A program made the position numbers and the translations under genes. The notes beneath the pieces are model-generated. The model worked only from the letters and a program-made list of their open reading frames with translations, was not told the origin of the DNA and did not search any database. This document shows, in pieces, positions 31,848 through 41,471 of a stretch of DNA of 64,000 bases. The first letter of the stretch is position 1. Each line of letters starts with the position of its first letter. Source of the DNA: Spirochaetia bacterium. GTDB lineage: Bacteria; Spirochaetota; Spirochaetia; UBA9216. Location: the NCBI GenBank assembly GCA_965140585.1, contig OZ223269.1:416001-480000 (forward strand). The letters are read 5' to 3'.

Positions 31848-33245
31848 CTAAAAATCAGCGTTGTTGACAGTTCGCGGAAATGGAATTACATCTCTGATAT
31901 TCTGAATTCCGGTCATGTATTGAATTAGTCTTTCAAATCCGAGTCCGAATCCGGAATGCGGTACTGAGCCGAATCTTCTCAGATCCAGATACCACCAGTA
32001 ATCATCCTTAACAAGTCCAAGCTCATCTATTCTTTTTTCAAGCTTATCAAGGTTGTCCTCACGCTGGCTGCCTCCGATAATCTCACCAAGTCTTGGAACA
32101 AGAACATCCATTGCCCGGACGGTCTTATCATCATCATTCATCTTCATGTAGAAGGCTTTAATTTCCTTGGGATAGTCAGTTACGATCACCGGACCGTTAA
32201 AGACCTTCTCGGTAAGGTATTTTTCATGTTCCGATTGAAGGTCGGCTCCCCAGTGCGGCTGAAATTCAAATTTTGCATCAGCCTTCTCAAGCTGCTTCAT
32301 GGCTTCGGTATATGTAATCCTGGTGAATGAGAACTCAGCAACCTTACGCAGTGATTCAGCCACGCCTTTTTCTACCCATTTATTAAAGAACTCCATATCT
32401 TCGGAACATTCCGAGAGTATGTAATTGAGCACGTATTTGATGAATGCTTCGGCTGTGTCCATATCGCAGTTTAAATCGCAGAAGGCCATTTCGGGTTCTA
32501 TCATCCAGAACTCTGCAAGGTGCCGTGATGTATTGGAATTTTCTGCACGGAATGTCGGTCCGAATGTGTAGACATTTGAATGCGATAATGCGAATATTTC
32601 AGCTTCAAGCTGTCCGCTTACGGTTAACGCAGAACGTTTTCCGAAAAAGTCTTTGCTGTAGTCAACGGGCTGCTCCGGCTTGCCGTCAATGTGCGGAATG
32701 TTCTCAAGGTCCAGAGTTGTCACCTGAAACATCTCGCCGGCCCCCTCTGCATCGCTTGCAGAAATAATAGGGGTGTGTATATAAAAGAAGCCGCGTTCCT
32801 GGAAGAATCTGTGTACAGCAAAACTTGCCGCGCTTCTCACCCTGGTGACTGCTCCGATTGTATTGGTTCTGGGTCTTAAGTGGGCAATTTCACGTAGAAA
32901 TTCAAAACTGTGCCGTTTCTTCTGCAGCGGATAAGTGTCGGCCGGAGCATCCCCGAGTAGGATAATCTCTGAAGCTTGAAACTCCACACTCTGATTCTGT
33001 CCCGGCGACTGAACCAGTTCGCCATGCACTTCAACGCCTGCTCCGGTTGTCAGGTGTGACAGAATTTCTTTAGGATTGTATTTTTCAAGATCAATTATCA
33101 CCTGAAGATTTTTCAGGCAGGAACCGTCGGATAATTCAAGAAAGCATACATTCTTGGAATCACGCCTGGTTCGTACCCATCCGGAAACACTGGTAAGATC
33201 TCCGCCGGGTTCCATCTGAAGTATTTCTTTTATTGATGGTCTCAT
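31848..33245 (-). CDS. asnS: asparagine--tRNA ligase
   Basis: [48 protein letters not shown]; ATG 33245 with GAGGAG RBS. Confidence 0.97.
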   Translation of the reverse strand: MRPSIKEILQMEPGGDLTSVSGWVRTRRDSKNVCFLELSDGSCLKNLQVIIDLEKYNPKEILSHLTTGAGVEVHGELVQSPGQNQSVEFQASEIILLGDAPADTYPLQKKRHSFEFLREIAHLRPRTNTIGAVTRVRSAASFAVHRFFQERGFFYIHTPIISASDAEGAGEMFQVTTLDLENIPHIDGKPEQPVDYSKDFFGKRSALTVSGQLEAEIFALSHSNVYTFGPTFRAENSNTSRHLAEFWMIEPEMAFCDLNCDMDTAEAFIKYVLNYILSECSEDMEFFNKWVEKGVAESLRKVAEFSFTRITYTEAMKQLEKADAKFEFQPHWGADLQSEHEKYLTEKVFNGPVIVTDYPKEIKAFYMKMNDDDKTVRAMDVLVPRLGEIIGGSQREDNLDKLEKRIDELGLVKDDYWWYLDLRRFGSVPHSGFGLGFERLIQYMTGIQNIRDVIPFPRTVNNADF

Positions 33246-33331
33246 GCTATACTCCTCTCTATTAGAATTAACATAGTTGTGCTTCCAAGTCAAACTGATT
33301 TGTAAGTCATATAGGATAAGGAATATAAATA

Positions 33332-33664
33332 ATGGCAGTTCAGATAATCGGAACTAAGAAATGCAGGGAAACTCAGAAGACCGAGAGGTATTTTAAGGAA
33401 CGCAACATAGCATATCATTTTGTAGATCTGAACCAGAGGACATTAAGCAGCGGAGAGCTCCAGAGTGTTGCAAGAGCCTGCGGAAAGGAGGCTTTGCTCG
33501 ATACTGAGTCACAACTGTACAAGAAGAAGGGGATGGCTTATATGGATTTTGATATTCTTGAAGAGATTGAAGAAAATCCCCAGCTGATGAAAACCCCTGT
33601 TGTGAGAAACGGCAGCAAGGCTGTTGTCGGTTTTGATCCTGAAGCTTGGACCGATATAATTTAG
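33332..33664 (+). CDS. ArsC/Spx-family protein
   Basis: [24 protein letters not shown]. Confidence 0.85.
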   Translation: MAVQIIGTKKCRETQKTERYFKERNIAYHFVDLNQRTLSSGELQSVARACGKEALLDTESQLYKKKGMAYMDFDILEEIEENPQLMKTPVVRNGSKAVVGFDPEAWTDII

Positions 33665-33667
33665 AGC

Positions 33668-34939
33668 ATGGGCAGGATAAATGTTTCATCTGAAATTGGA
33701 AGACTCCGGAAGGTAATCATCCATTCGCCCGGCCGGGAGATACAGGATATGACTCCTGAAATGGCCGAGAAGCTGCTTTATAATGATATAATCCCGCTTT
33801 CAGTCGTAAGCGAGGAACATAACCGCTTTAAAAAGATTCTGCAGAAAATATGCACGGTATATGAGTTTACGGATCTTCTGAAAGATGCTCTTTGTAATCC
33901 TGATGTTAAAACAGAATATGTTAAATCAATGGTGCCATGCTGCGGATGCCATGACAGTGAATCCGGAAGAAGGTTTGACGAACTTCTTGATATGAGTGCC
34001 GAAGAGCTTGTCAGGGTTTCTGTTACAGGACTTAAACAGAAAAAGAATATAATAAGCAAGTTTTTTGATGATAATGTATATGATATAAATCCGCTTCCCA
34101 ATCTGTATTTTACCCGTGATTCTGCGATGGTCTTCAATGACAGGGTAATAACCGGTGCAATGGCTAACTCTGTGCGTGAACCCGAATCTCTTGCTGCCTA
34201 CACATTTTTTTCAATCCATCATGAACTGCAGAATAACGGATTTATTTACAAGGGGCATGCAGAGAAAACTTCAGGTAGAACTATAGAAGGCGGGGATTTT
34301 CTGGTTTTATCGGATAACTGCATTATGATAGGCATCTCCGAGCGTACGAGTTCTGCAGCTGCCGATGAGATTATACAGCGTATCTCCTCAGAACGGCCGC
34401 TGACTGTTTTTGCAGTTCAGCTTCCGCGGGAACGGGCTACTATTCATCTTGATATGGTATTTACTCAGCTGGATTATGACCAGGTAATGGTTTATGAACC
34501 TTATATATGCGGAAGCCGGCGGCTTCGAACTGTGAAGATAAAGATTGAGTCGGGTAAATCAGCAGTAATCGAGGAAAATGAAGATCTACTGAAGGCTCTT
34601 AAATCTGAGGGCTTTGACTTTAAGACGGTTTTCTGCGGCAATGCGGATCCTGTTCAGCAGCAGCGTGAGCAGTGGCTGAGCGGTAATAATTTTTTTGCGG
34701 CAGCCCCGGGCAAAATTATCGGATATTCCTGCAACAATTATACCCTTGATGCGTTGAATGCAGCCGGGTATGAAATCCTGACTGACAAAGACTTCCTTCA
34801 AAATAGCGAACCTGACGATATAAACGGTTTTTTAAACCGTAACAATAAACTTGTAATAGGCATTACAGGCGTTGAACTTGCCCGCGGAGGCGGCGGAGCG
34901 CGATGTATGACAATGCCGGTGGAAAGAGACAGAATTTAA
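33668..34939 (+). CDS. arcA: arginine deiminase
   Basis: SEIGRLRKV, PNLYFTRD, IEGGD, HLDMVF, ELARGGGGARCM. Confidence 0.9.
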   Translation: MGRINVSSEIGRLRKVIIHSPGREIQDMTPEMAEKLLYNDIIPLSVVSEEHNRFKKILQKICTVYEFTDLLKDALCNPDVKTEYVKSMVPCCGCHDSESGRRFDELLDMSAEELVRVSVTGLKQKKNIISKFFDDNVYDINPLPNLYFTRDSAMVFNDRVITGAMANSVREPESLAAYTFFSIHHELQNNGFIYKGHAEKTSGRTIEGGDFLVLSDNCIMIGISERTSSAAADEIIQRISSERPLTVFAVQLPRERATIHLDMVFTQLDYDQVMVYEPYICGSRRLRTVKIKIESGKSAVIEENEDLLKALKSEGFDFKTVFCGNADPVQQQREQWLSGNNFFAAAPGKIIGYSCNNYTLDALNAAGYEILTDKDFLQNSEPDDINGFLNRNNKLVIGITGVELARGGGGARCMTMPVERDRI

Positions 34940-35715
34940 TGCAGCATGACGGACTAAAATACGCAGTACTCGGAAGCGGCTCTTCAGCTAATTCCTATAT
35001 TTTTGAATTCAATGATTTTGCATTCATCATCGATAATGGTTTTTCCTGTAAGCAGGCAATGGAAAGAGCCTCGGCACTGGGCTTTGATACATCAAAGGTG
35101 AAGTACATTTTCCTTACCCATGATCATGGAGATCACTTCAGGGGAATAGAAATCCTCTCAAGAAAACTCCGGGCTCCTGTAGTTGTGCATAAAGAGCTTG
35201 ATTTGAGGCGTAAGGTTAAAACCCATCTGTATAAAAGGATTGACATAGAGCCCGGGAATGAATACACCGAGGGAGATTTTACCTACCGGGCATTCAGGAC
35301 GTCTCACGACGCAGAGCACTCTGTGAGCTATCACTTCAGACTGGGGCCTGCAGTATTTACTATAATTACCGATACCGGAGCCTTCAGCCGTGAGATGTTT
35401 GATTACGCATGTGCTTCGGATGTCCTCTTTCTGGAAGCCAATTACAATGAGCAGATGCTTATAGACGGACCCTATCATCATGCCCTGAAGAAGCGTATAT
35501 TATCTGAATTCGGACACCTTTCAAATGAAGACGCGCTGAATTTTCTTAACAGCATCGAAAAAAATCCGGAATCAAGACTCAGGGAAGTCTATTTCTGTCA
35601 TCTTTCTTCCACCAACAACCATCCTGATGTTCTGGCGCAGGATATCGCTGCAGGTCTGAACTGGTCAGGGCAATGGGTTATATGCAGGAAAGGCGAGATA
35701 CAGCGGGCTCTATAG
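34939..35715 (+). CDS. MBL-fold hydrolase (YycJ/WalJ-like)
   Basis: LGSGSSAN, THDHGDH, SHDA, TDTG, EANY, GHLSN, HLS. Confidence 0.88.
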   Translation: MQHDGLKYAVLGSGSSANSYIFEFNDFAFIIDNGFSCKQAMERASALGFDTSKVKYIFLTHDHGDHFRGIEILSRKLRAPVVVHKELDLRRKVKTHLYKRIDIEPGNEYTEGDFTYRAFRTSHDAEHSVSYHFRLGPAVFTIITDTGAFSREMFDYACASDVLFLEANYNEQMLIDGPYHHALKKRILSEFGHLSNEDALNFLNSIEKNPESRLREVYFCHLSSTNNHPDVLAQDIAAGLNWSGQWVICRKGEIQRAL

Positions 35716-35781
35716 TATAACCAGATTATAAACTCCATATTCCTTGTTTCAAAACTGATTTTAAGGTAACCTGAACTCATT

Positions 35782-36846
35782 ATGAGACAAACAAATAACC
35801 TGAGAATCATCAGTGAAGAAACAGCTATTACCCCAAACGAACTCAAGAATGAATTTCCTGTAACAGATAAATGTACAGAAACCGTTTTTGAAAGCCGCAA
35901 CATTATCAATGATATACTGCACGGAAACGACCAGAGGATGCTTGCAATTGCGGGTCCCTGTTCGATTCATGATGAAGCAGCAGCCTATGAATACGCAGAG
36001 AAGCTCAATAAACTGAGAATTAAATATCAGGACAGATTATATATTGCAATGAGGGTTTATTTTGAAAAGCCCCGTACCACAATCGGATGGCGAGGTCTCA
36101 TTATTGACCCTGATCTTGACGGTTCCTATAACATAAACCAGGGAATACGAAGGGCCAGAAAAATACTGCTCAAACTGACAGATATGGGAATGCCTACCGC
36201 TACCGAGATGCTCGATCCTATCATCCCTCAGTATATGTCGGAACTGCTCAGCTGGGCGGCCGTAGGTGCAAGAACTACAGAAAGTCAGACTCACAGGAAC
36301 ATGGTCAGCGGACTTTCAATGCCTGTCGGATTCAAGAATGGAACCGACGGAAGCCTTGATACGGCAATGAATGCTATCCAGTCTTCAAGGCATCCGCATA
36401 GTTTTCTGGGTATAGATGATGAGGGCAGAACATGTATCCTGAGCACCGCCGGTAACGACTCGGTTCATCTTATCCTCCGGGGAGGAAAGGTAGGTCCAAA
36501 TTACTACGAAGAAACAGTTGAAGATGCTGAGGCCCTTTTTGCTGATGCAGGCTTGCAGCCGTCTATCCTTGTTGACTGCAGTCATGCTAATTCCGGAAAG
36601 ACTCACCAGAAGCAGTTTCGTGTTCTCAGGGCTCTGCTTGAACAGCGGACAAGACATCCCGGTATTAAGGGCTTCATGATAGAAAGCAACCTTTATGAAG
36701 GCTGTCAGAAGATTCCCGAGGATAAAAGCAAGCTTGCATACGGTGTTTCAATAACTGATGAATGCGTCAGCTGGGAAACAACTGAAGAAATGATGGAATA
36801 TGCATATGCACAGGTCGGTAAAATAATGGAAGGAGTTTCTGTATGA
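35782..36846 (+). CDS. DAHP synthase, class I alpha (AroF/G/H type)
   Basis: GPCSIHD, RVYFEKPRTT, GARTTESQTHR, DCSHANS, SITDEC. Confidence 0.95.
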   Translation: MRQTNNLRIISEETAITPNELKNEFPVTDKCTETVFESRNIINDILHGNDQRMLAIAGPCSIHDEAAAYEYAEKLNKLRIKYQDRLYIAMRVYFEKPRTTIGWRGLIIDPDLDGSYNINQGIRRARKILLKLTDMGMPTATEMLDPIIPQYMSELLSWAAVGARTTESQTHRNMVSGLSMPVGFKNGTDGSLDTAMNAIQSSRHPHSFLGIDDEGRTCILSTAGNDSVHLILRGGKVGPNYYEETVEDAEALFADAGLQPSILVDCSHANSGKTHQKQFRVLRALLEQRTRHPGIKGFMIESNLYEGCQKIPEDKSKLAYGVSITDECVSWETTEEMMEYAYAQVGKIMEGVSV

Positions 36847-37397
36847 AGAGGGTAATTCTGTTTCTGGCTGAAGGCTTTGAAGAGGTTGAGGCTGTTACTC
36901 CAATTGATTTTCTGCGGAGAGCCGGTATTGAGGTTCTTACTGCCGGTATAGGCGGTAATATAATAACCGGGGCGCAAAATATAAAGATTACTGCAGATAC
37001 TGTACTTGATGCTTCACTATCTTCTGAAAATTTTGATGGAGTAGTGGTTCCAGGCGGAATGCCCGGAGCCTCAAATATAGCAGCAGATGCCGATGCGAAC
37101 AGAATTATCTCTGAAATGGCGAAGGCCAAAAAGCTTGTAGCGGCAATCTGTGCTGCTCCTGCTGTGGTTCTTAACTCTGCCGGAGTCCTTTCCGGCAAGA
37201 CGGCAACATGCTATCCCGGTTTTGAACAGAAATTTGCTTCTGATGTAAAATTCAGTGACAGCCGTGTTGTTGTTGACGGTAATCTTATCACAGCAAGAGG
37301 TGCCGGTACCGCAGCCGAGTTTGCTTTTGAAATCATCAGCATTCTTGTAGACAGGGAAACTGCTGAAAAAATTCATAACGGTACTATTCAAAAATAG
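36843..37397 (+). CDS. DJ-1/YajL family protein
   Basis: GFEEVEA, PGGMPG, AAICAAP, ATCYP. Confidence 0.93.
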   Translation: MKRVILFLAEGFEEVEAVTPIDFLRRAGIEVLTAGIGGNIITGAQNIKITADTVLDASLSSENFDGVVVPGGMPGASNIAADADANRIISEMAKAKKLVAAICAAPAVVLNSAGVLSGKTATCYPGFEQKFASDVKFSDSRVVVDGNLITARGAGTAAEFAFEIISILVDRETAEKIHNGTIQK

Positions 37398-37416
37398 CAA
37401 AGTTTTCTTTTCAGAC

Positions 37417-37445
37417 TTGAAATATTGTTCACTTTGAGGTAAGAT
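37417..37445 (+). promoter_or_regulatory. sigma70 promoter of small ORF
   Basis: TTGAAA-17-TAAGAT. Confidence 0.65.
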
Positions 37446-37465
37446 CTATACAAATGAGGAAACGA

Positions 37466-37600
37466 ATGTTTAAAAGAGTTATTACTGCCGCACTGATTGT
37501 ACTTGCTGCCGGCTTTATAGTTACCTTTTCTGCCGAAAAACTTCCTGAAATTGCTGATCGTTCAAACGATACTCCTACCACTGTTCATCTGGCCAGATAG
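37466..37600 (+). CDS. 44-aa small protein with signal peptide/TM (absent from ORF track)
   Basis: MFKRVITAALIVLAAGFIVTFSAEKLPEIADRSNDTPTTVHLAR*; GAGGA 5 nt before the ATG; own promoter; T9 tract after the stop. Confidence 0.7.
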   Translation: MFKRVITAALIVLAAGFIVTFSAEKLPEIADRSNDTPTTVHLAR

Positions 37601-37740
37601 ACTTTTTTTTTGTAAAAAACACCCTTTGTTTTTATTTTTTCTTAAATATTACCAAATTACTCATATTAGTAGACTTGACTTTCTGTTTGAATAACGAATA
37701 ATAAAAGCATGATTATTCCACTGGAAAACAGGAGATATAT

Positions 37741-39021
37741 ATGAGTTACAGATTTGAAACAATAAGCATACACGGCGGACAGAAAGTAGATGAAACAGGC
37801 GCAAGGGCAGTTCCTCTGCATCGTACTGCTGCTTACCTTTTTAAGAACACAGAGCATGCCGCAAATCTTTTCGGCCTTCAGGAAGACGGCAATATCTATA
37901 CCAGACTTGGAAACCCCACTCAGGACGTACTTGAGCAGCGTGTTGCAGCTCTTGAAGGAGGTGCTGCTGCGCTTGCACTCTCATCCGGTACATCTGCAAT
38001 TTTTTATACGGCAATTAATATCTGCGGAAACGGGGATGAAATTGTAAGCTCCGGTAATCTTTACGGAGGAACTTTCACAATGTTCAGCAGTATTCTGCCT
38101 GAACTTGGGATTAAGGTGAAATTTACGGAAGGGCAGGAAGCTGCTGATTTTGAGAATGCTATTACCCCTGCAACCAGGATGATATATGTCGAAGCGATTG
38201 GGAATCCGTCTCTCGATGTTGTAAATCTGAAAGCAGTCTCAGAGGTAGCAAAAAAACATAACCTTCCGCTGGTTGTTGATGCAACATTTACCACTCCCTA
38301 CGTTTTCAGACCCATTGAGCACGGCGCAGATATAGTTATTCATTCGCTTACAAAATGGCTTGGCGGTCATGGTGCTGCTATCGGAGGTATTGTCGTTGAC
38401 GCAGGAAGTTTTGACTGGAGCGATAAAAAGTTCCGTCTTTATAACGAGCCCGATCCCGGTTATCACGGTCTGAGATTCGCCACTGATTTGGGAGATCGTA
38501 ATTTCCTTGCATTTATACTCAGGATGAGGCTGATTCCGCTTAGAAATCTCGGTGCCTGTATCAGTCCTGATAATGCCTGGCTATTTCTACAGGGACTGGA
38601 GACTCTTCCTCTCAGGATGGAGCGGCACTGCAGTAATGCTTTGAAGGTTGCTGAATTTCTAAAAAATCATCCCCAGGTTGACTGGGTCAGATACCCGGGA
38701 CTTCCCGGTGATCCCGCACATGAAAATGCAAAGGAACAGTTTGAAAACGGTTTCGGCGGAATGGTTGTATTCGGTGTTAAGGGCGGCTTAAAGGCGGGGG
38801 CTTCATTCATTAACAGTCTGAAACTATTCTCTCATCTTGCAAATGTCGGTGATGCCAAGAGTCTTGCCATACACCCTGCAAGTACAACACACGGTCAGCT
38901 GTCAGAAGATGACCAGAAGCTTGCAGGTATCCCCGTTGATCTGATTAGACTCTCAATTGGAATTGAGCATCCGGATGATATAATTGCTGATCTCGATCAG
39001 GCATTGAAGGCAGGAAAATAG
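37741..39021 (+). CDS. metY: O-acetylhomoserine sulfhydrylase
   Basis: GNIYTRLGNPT, HSLTKWLGGHG, HLANVGDAKSL.IHPASTTH. Confidence 0.93.
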   Translation: MSYRFETISIHGGQKVDETGARAVPLHRTAAYLFKNTEHAANLFGLQEDGNIYTRLGNPTQDVLEQRVAALEGGAAALALSSGTSAIFYTAINICGNGDEIVSSGNLYGGTFTMFSSILPELGIKVKFTEGQEAADFENAITPATRMIYVEAIGNPSLDVVNLKAVSEVAKKHNLPLVVDATFTTPYVFRPIEHGADIVIHSLTKWLGGHGAAIGGIVVDAGSFDWSDKKFRLYNEPDPGYHGLRFATDLGDRNFLAFILRMRLIPLRNLGACISPDNAWLFLQGLETLPLRMERHCSNALKVAEFLKNHPQVDWVRYPGLPGDPAHENAKEQFENGFGGMVVFGVKGGLKAGASFINSLKLFSHLANVGDAKSLAIHPASTTHGQLSEDDQKLAGIPVDLIRLSIGIEHPDDIIADLDQALKAGK

Positions 39022-39921
39022 ATGTCAATAATTCTGCCGGAAGATTATCATGCCAGAAAGGCTCTTGAAGATCGAAAAATTCACTGTATAACAAGGGCGG
39101 CTTCTGAGTGCCAGGATATACGCCCCCTACGCATCGGAATACTGAATATTATGCCCAAGGCAGAGGCATACGAATATAATATTCTGTTTCCGCTTGGCAG
39201 GTCGATCATTCAGATCGAGCCTGTATGGCTTAAACTTCATACTCATTCATATTCCAGTTCCAATCAGAGCCACCTTGCCAAACTATACATCAATTTTGAT
39301 GATGCAATAAAGTACAGAGGCTTTGACGGTATTATAGTTACAGGAGCGCCTGTTGAAGAGTATGAGTTTGAGGACGTTACCTACTGGAATGAGCTTACTG
39401 AGATTCTAAAATATGCAAATGAGCATTTTGCCGGAATCTTAGGCATATGCTGGGGCGGGCTGGCTCTTTCAAAGTTTCTGGGCATCGATAAAATCAATTA
39501 TAACCGGAAGCTATTCGGAGTTTATCCCATCAGGAACCTCGAGCGCGGAAACCGGATTACCGGCGAGATGGATGATGTTTTCTATTGTCCACAGAGCCGA
39601 AATGCCGGAATCCCGGACGAGGCTCTGGAGAAAGCCGCTGGAGAAGGCATAATAAATCTTCTCGGGTATTCCGAAAAAGCAGGGTACACCATATTTGAGA
39701 GCAGCGACTCAAAGTTTATGATGCACCTTGGCCACCCTGAATATCCGACGAACAGGCTCTGGGAGGAATACGACCGGGATATTGCCGCCGGAGTAGAAGG
39801 CATGGTTCCGCCTGAGAATATCAGCCGTGAAAACATGGTGAACAACTGGCGGGCTCACGGACTGGAGTTTTTTACCCAGTGGGTAAAGAAGATATACCTG
39901 GATACTCCTTTCGATATATAA
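39022..39921 (+). CDS. metA: homoserine O-acyltransferase MetA, predicted acetyl-CoA specific
   Basis: TGAPVE (Glu at the specificity position indicates acetyl), ICWG, GHPEY. Confidence 0.9.
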   Translation: MSIILPEDYHARKALEDRKIHCITRAASECQDIRPLRIGILNIMPKAEAYEYNILFPLGRSIIQIEPVWLKLHTHSYSSSNQSHLAKLYINFDDAIKYRGFDGIIVTGAPVEEYEFEDVTYWNELTEILKYANEHFAGILGICWGGLALSKFLGIDKINYNRKLFGVYPIRNLERGNRITGEMDDVFYCPQSRNAGIPDEALEKAAGEGIINLLGYSEKAGYTIFESSDSKFMMHLGHPEYPTNRLWEEYDRDIAAGVEGMVPPENISRENMVNNWRAHGLEFFTQWVKKIYLDTPFDI

Positions 39922-39922
39922 A

Positions 39923-39957
39923 AAAAGGCTGAGACGGATTAGTCCTCTCAGCCTTTT
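39923..39957. terminator. bidirectional intrinsic terminator
   Basis: AAAAGGCTGAGAcGGA-ttag-TCCTCTCAGCCTTTT between metA and ackA. Confidence 0.88.
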
Positions 39958-39977
39958 GATTTAATAAACAGTGTGAC

Positions 39978-41348
39978 TTAACAGTCGCCGCAGCAGCATC
40001 CGCCCTTTTTTTTGGGTGATGTTACTATAGCCTTATCAAGACCGTTCCATTTTTTAAGATCTTTCGGAAGTCCTGCTTCTCTTTCCTTGTTAACATAGTC
40101 AGCATGCTCAAAATGGTAGGTATACTTTGTGTGTACATCGTAAGTTCCTTCAAGAAGGGCGTATGTATCTTCGGTCATTACAAGCTCTTCGTTGGTAGGA
40201 ATAACGAATACCTTTACTTTTGAATCGTCTGCACTGATGCAGGTTTCAGCATTTCTGGTCATTGAAGCCTTATTCTTTGCGGGATCAATTTTGATGCCCA
40301 TGTACTCAAGACCCTCACATGCAAGAGCTCTTGTGATAGGACCTCTTTCTCCAACACCTGCGGTGAAAACCACCGCATCAGCTCCGCCGATAGCTGCAGC
40401 ATAAGCGCCGATGTATTTCTTGATTCTGTAAGCTTCAATTGCCTGGCAGAGAATTGCTCTCTTGTTGCCTTCTTCAGCGGCAATTTCAATGTCTCGTCTG
40501 TCGACCCACTTTTCAGTGATTCCAAGTACTCCGCTTTCCTTGTTGAGTGCCTTTTCAACTTCTTCGGCGCTCATGCCGGTTTTTTCCATTACGAAGAAGG
40601 GAATAGCGGGGTCGATGTCACCGCTTCTGGTTCCCATTACAAGGCCCTCCAGCGGAGTGAGTCCCATTGAAGTATCGAATGAACAGCCGTTTTTAACAGC
40701 ATTACAGCTTGCACCGTTTCCAATGTGAGCAATAACAAGATTAGTTTCAAATGGATCCTTGCCAAGAAGAGCCGCGGCTCTTTTAGTAGTGTAAAGGAAT
40801 GATGTTCCGTGAAAGCCGTATCTACGTACACCGTATTTTTCATACCAGCTGTGCGGAAGAGCATAGATGAAGCTGCTTTCAGGCATAGTCTGATGCCAGG
40901 CTGTATCCATGATTGCACAGTGTTTAACATTCGGAAGAACCTCCATAGCACATTCAATACCGGTAAGGTTTGCAGGAATGTGAAGTGGGGCAAGCTTTTC
41001 AAGCTGCTTGAATGTATCAATAGTTTCCTGATCGATGATTACAGATTTAGCAAATTTTTCTCCGCCGTGTACAACTCTGTGTCCAACAGCCTTGATTTCA
41101 TCAATAGATTTTACAGCTCCGTGTTCGGGATGCAGGATAGATTCGATGAGCAGATCCATTGCCTCTTTGTGGGTAGGGCAGTCTCTTTCGATCTTTACTT
41201 CATCATGGCCCTTTGCTTCATGTTTAATGAAAGAACCTTCGATTCCAACTCTCTCAATATTTCCTGAAGCCAGGGTTTCAGTGTTGTCCCAGTCATAGAG
41301 CTGATATTTCAACGAAGAACTACCACAATTAAGGGTTAATATTACCAA
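39978..41348 (-). CDS. ackA: acetate kinase with C-terminal extension and Cys-rich tail
   Basis: NCGSSSLK, GHRVVHGG, RRYGFHGTS, TPLEGL.MGTRSGD, TNEEL; TTG start with AGGAGG. Confidence 0.95.
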   Translation of the reverse strand: MVILTLNCGSSSLKYQLYDWDNTETLASGNIERVGIEGSFIKHEAKGHDEVKIERDCPTHKEAMDLLIESILHPEHGAVKSIDEIKAVGHRVVHGGEKFAKSVIIDQETIDTFKQLEKLAPLHIPANLTGIECAMEVLPNVKHCAIMDTAWHQTMPESSFIYALPHSWYEKYGVRRYGFHGTSFLYTTKRAAALLGKDPFETNLVIAHIGNGASCNAVKNGCSFDTSMGLTPLEGLVMGTRSGDIDPAIPFFVMEKTGMSAEEVEKALNKESGVLGITEKWVDRRDIEIAAEEGNKRAILCQAIEAYRIKKYIGAYAAAIGGADAVVFTAGVGERGPITRALACEGLEYMGIKIDPAKNKASMTRNAETCISADDSKVKVFVIPTNEELVMTEDTYALLEGTYDVHTKYTYHFEHADYVNKEREAGLPKDLKKWNGLDKAIVTSPKKKGGCCCGDC

Positions 41349-41471
41349 TGATTTCCTCCTAAGGATTTTCTGTTAATTTATGTATAATTAAATCATACAT
41401 AAAACCCGGAGATTTTCAAGCTGTTGTGATGTAAAGAATGAATCAGCAATGACTTATCATGGTTTTTATTA

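Noticed and set aside
37601-37740. SAM riboswitch or T-box upstream of metY
   Set aside because: Short and very AT-rich, with no SAM-I core, T-box motif or GC stems. An Rrf2-type operator was too weak to call.
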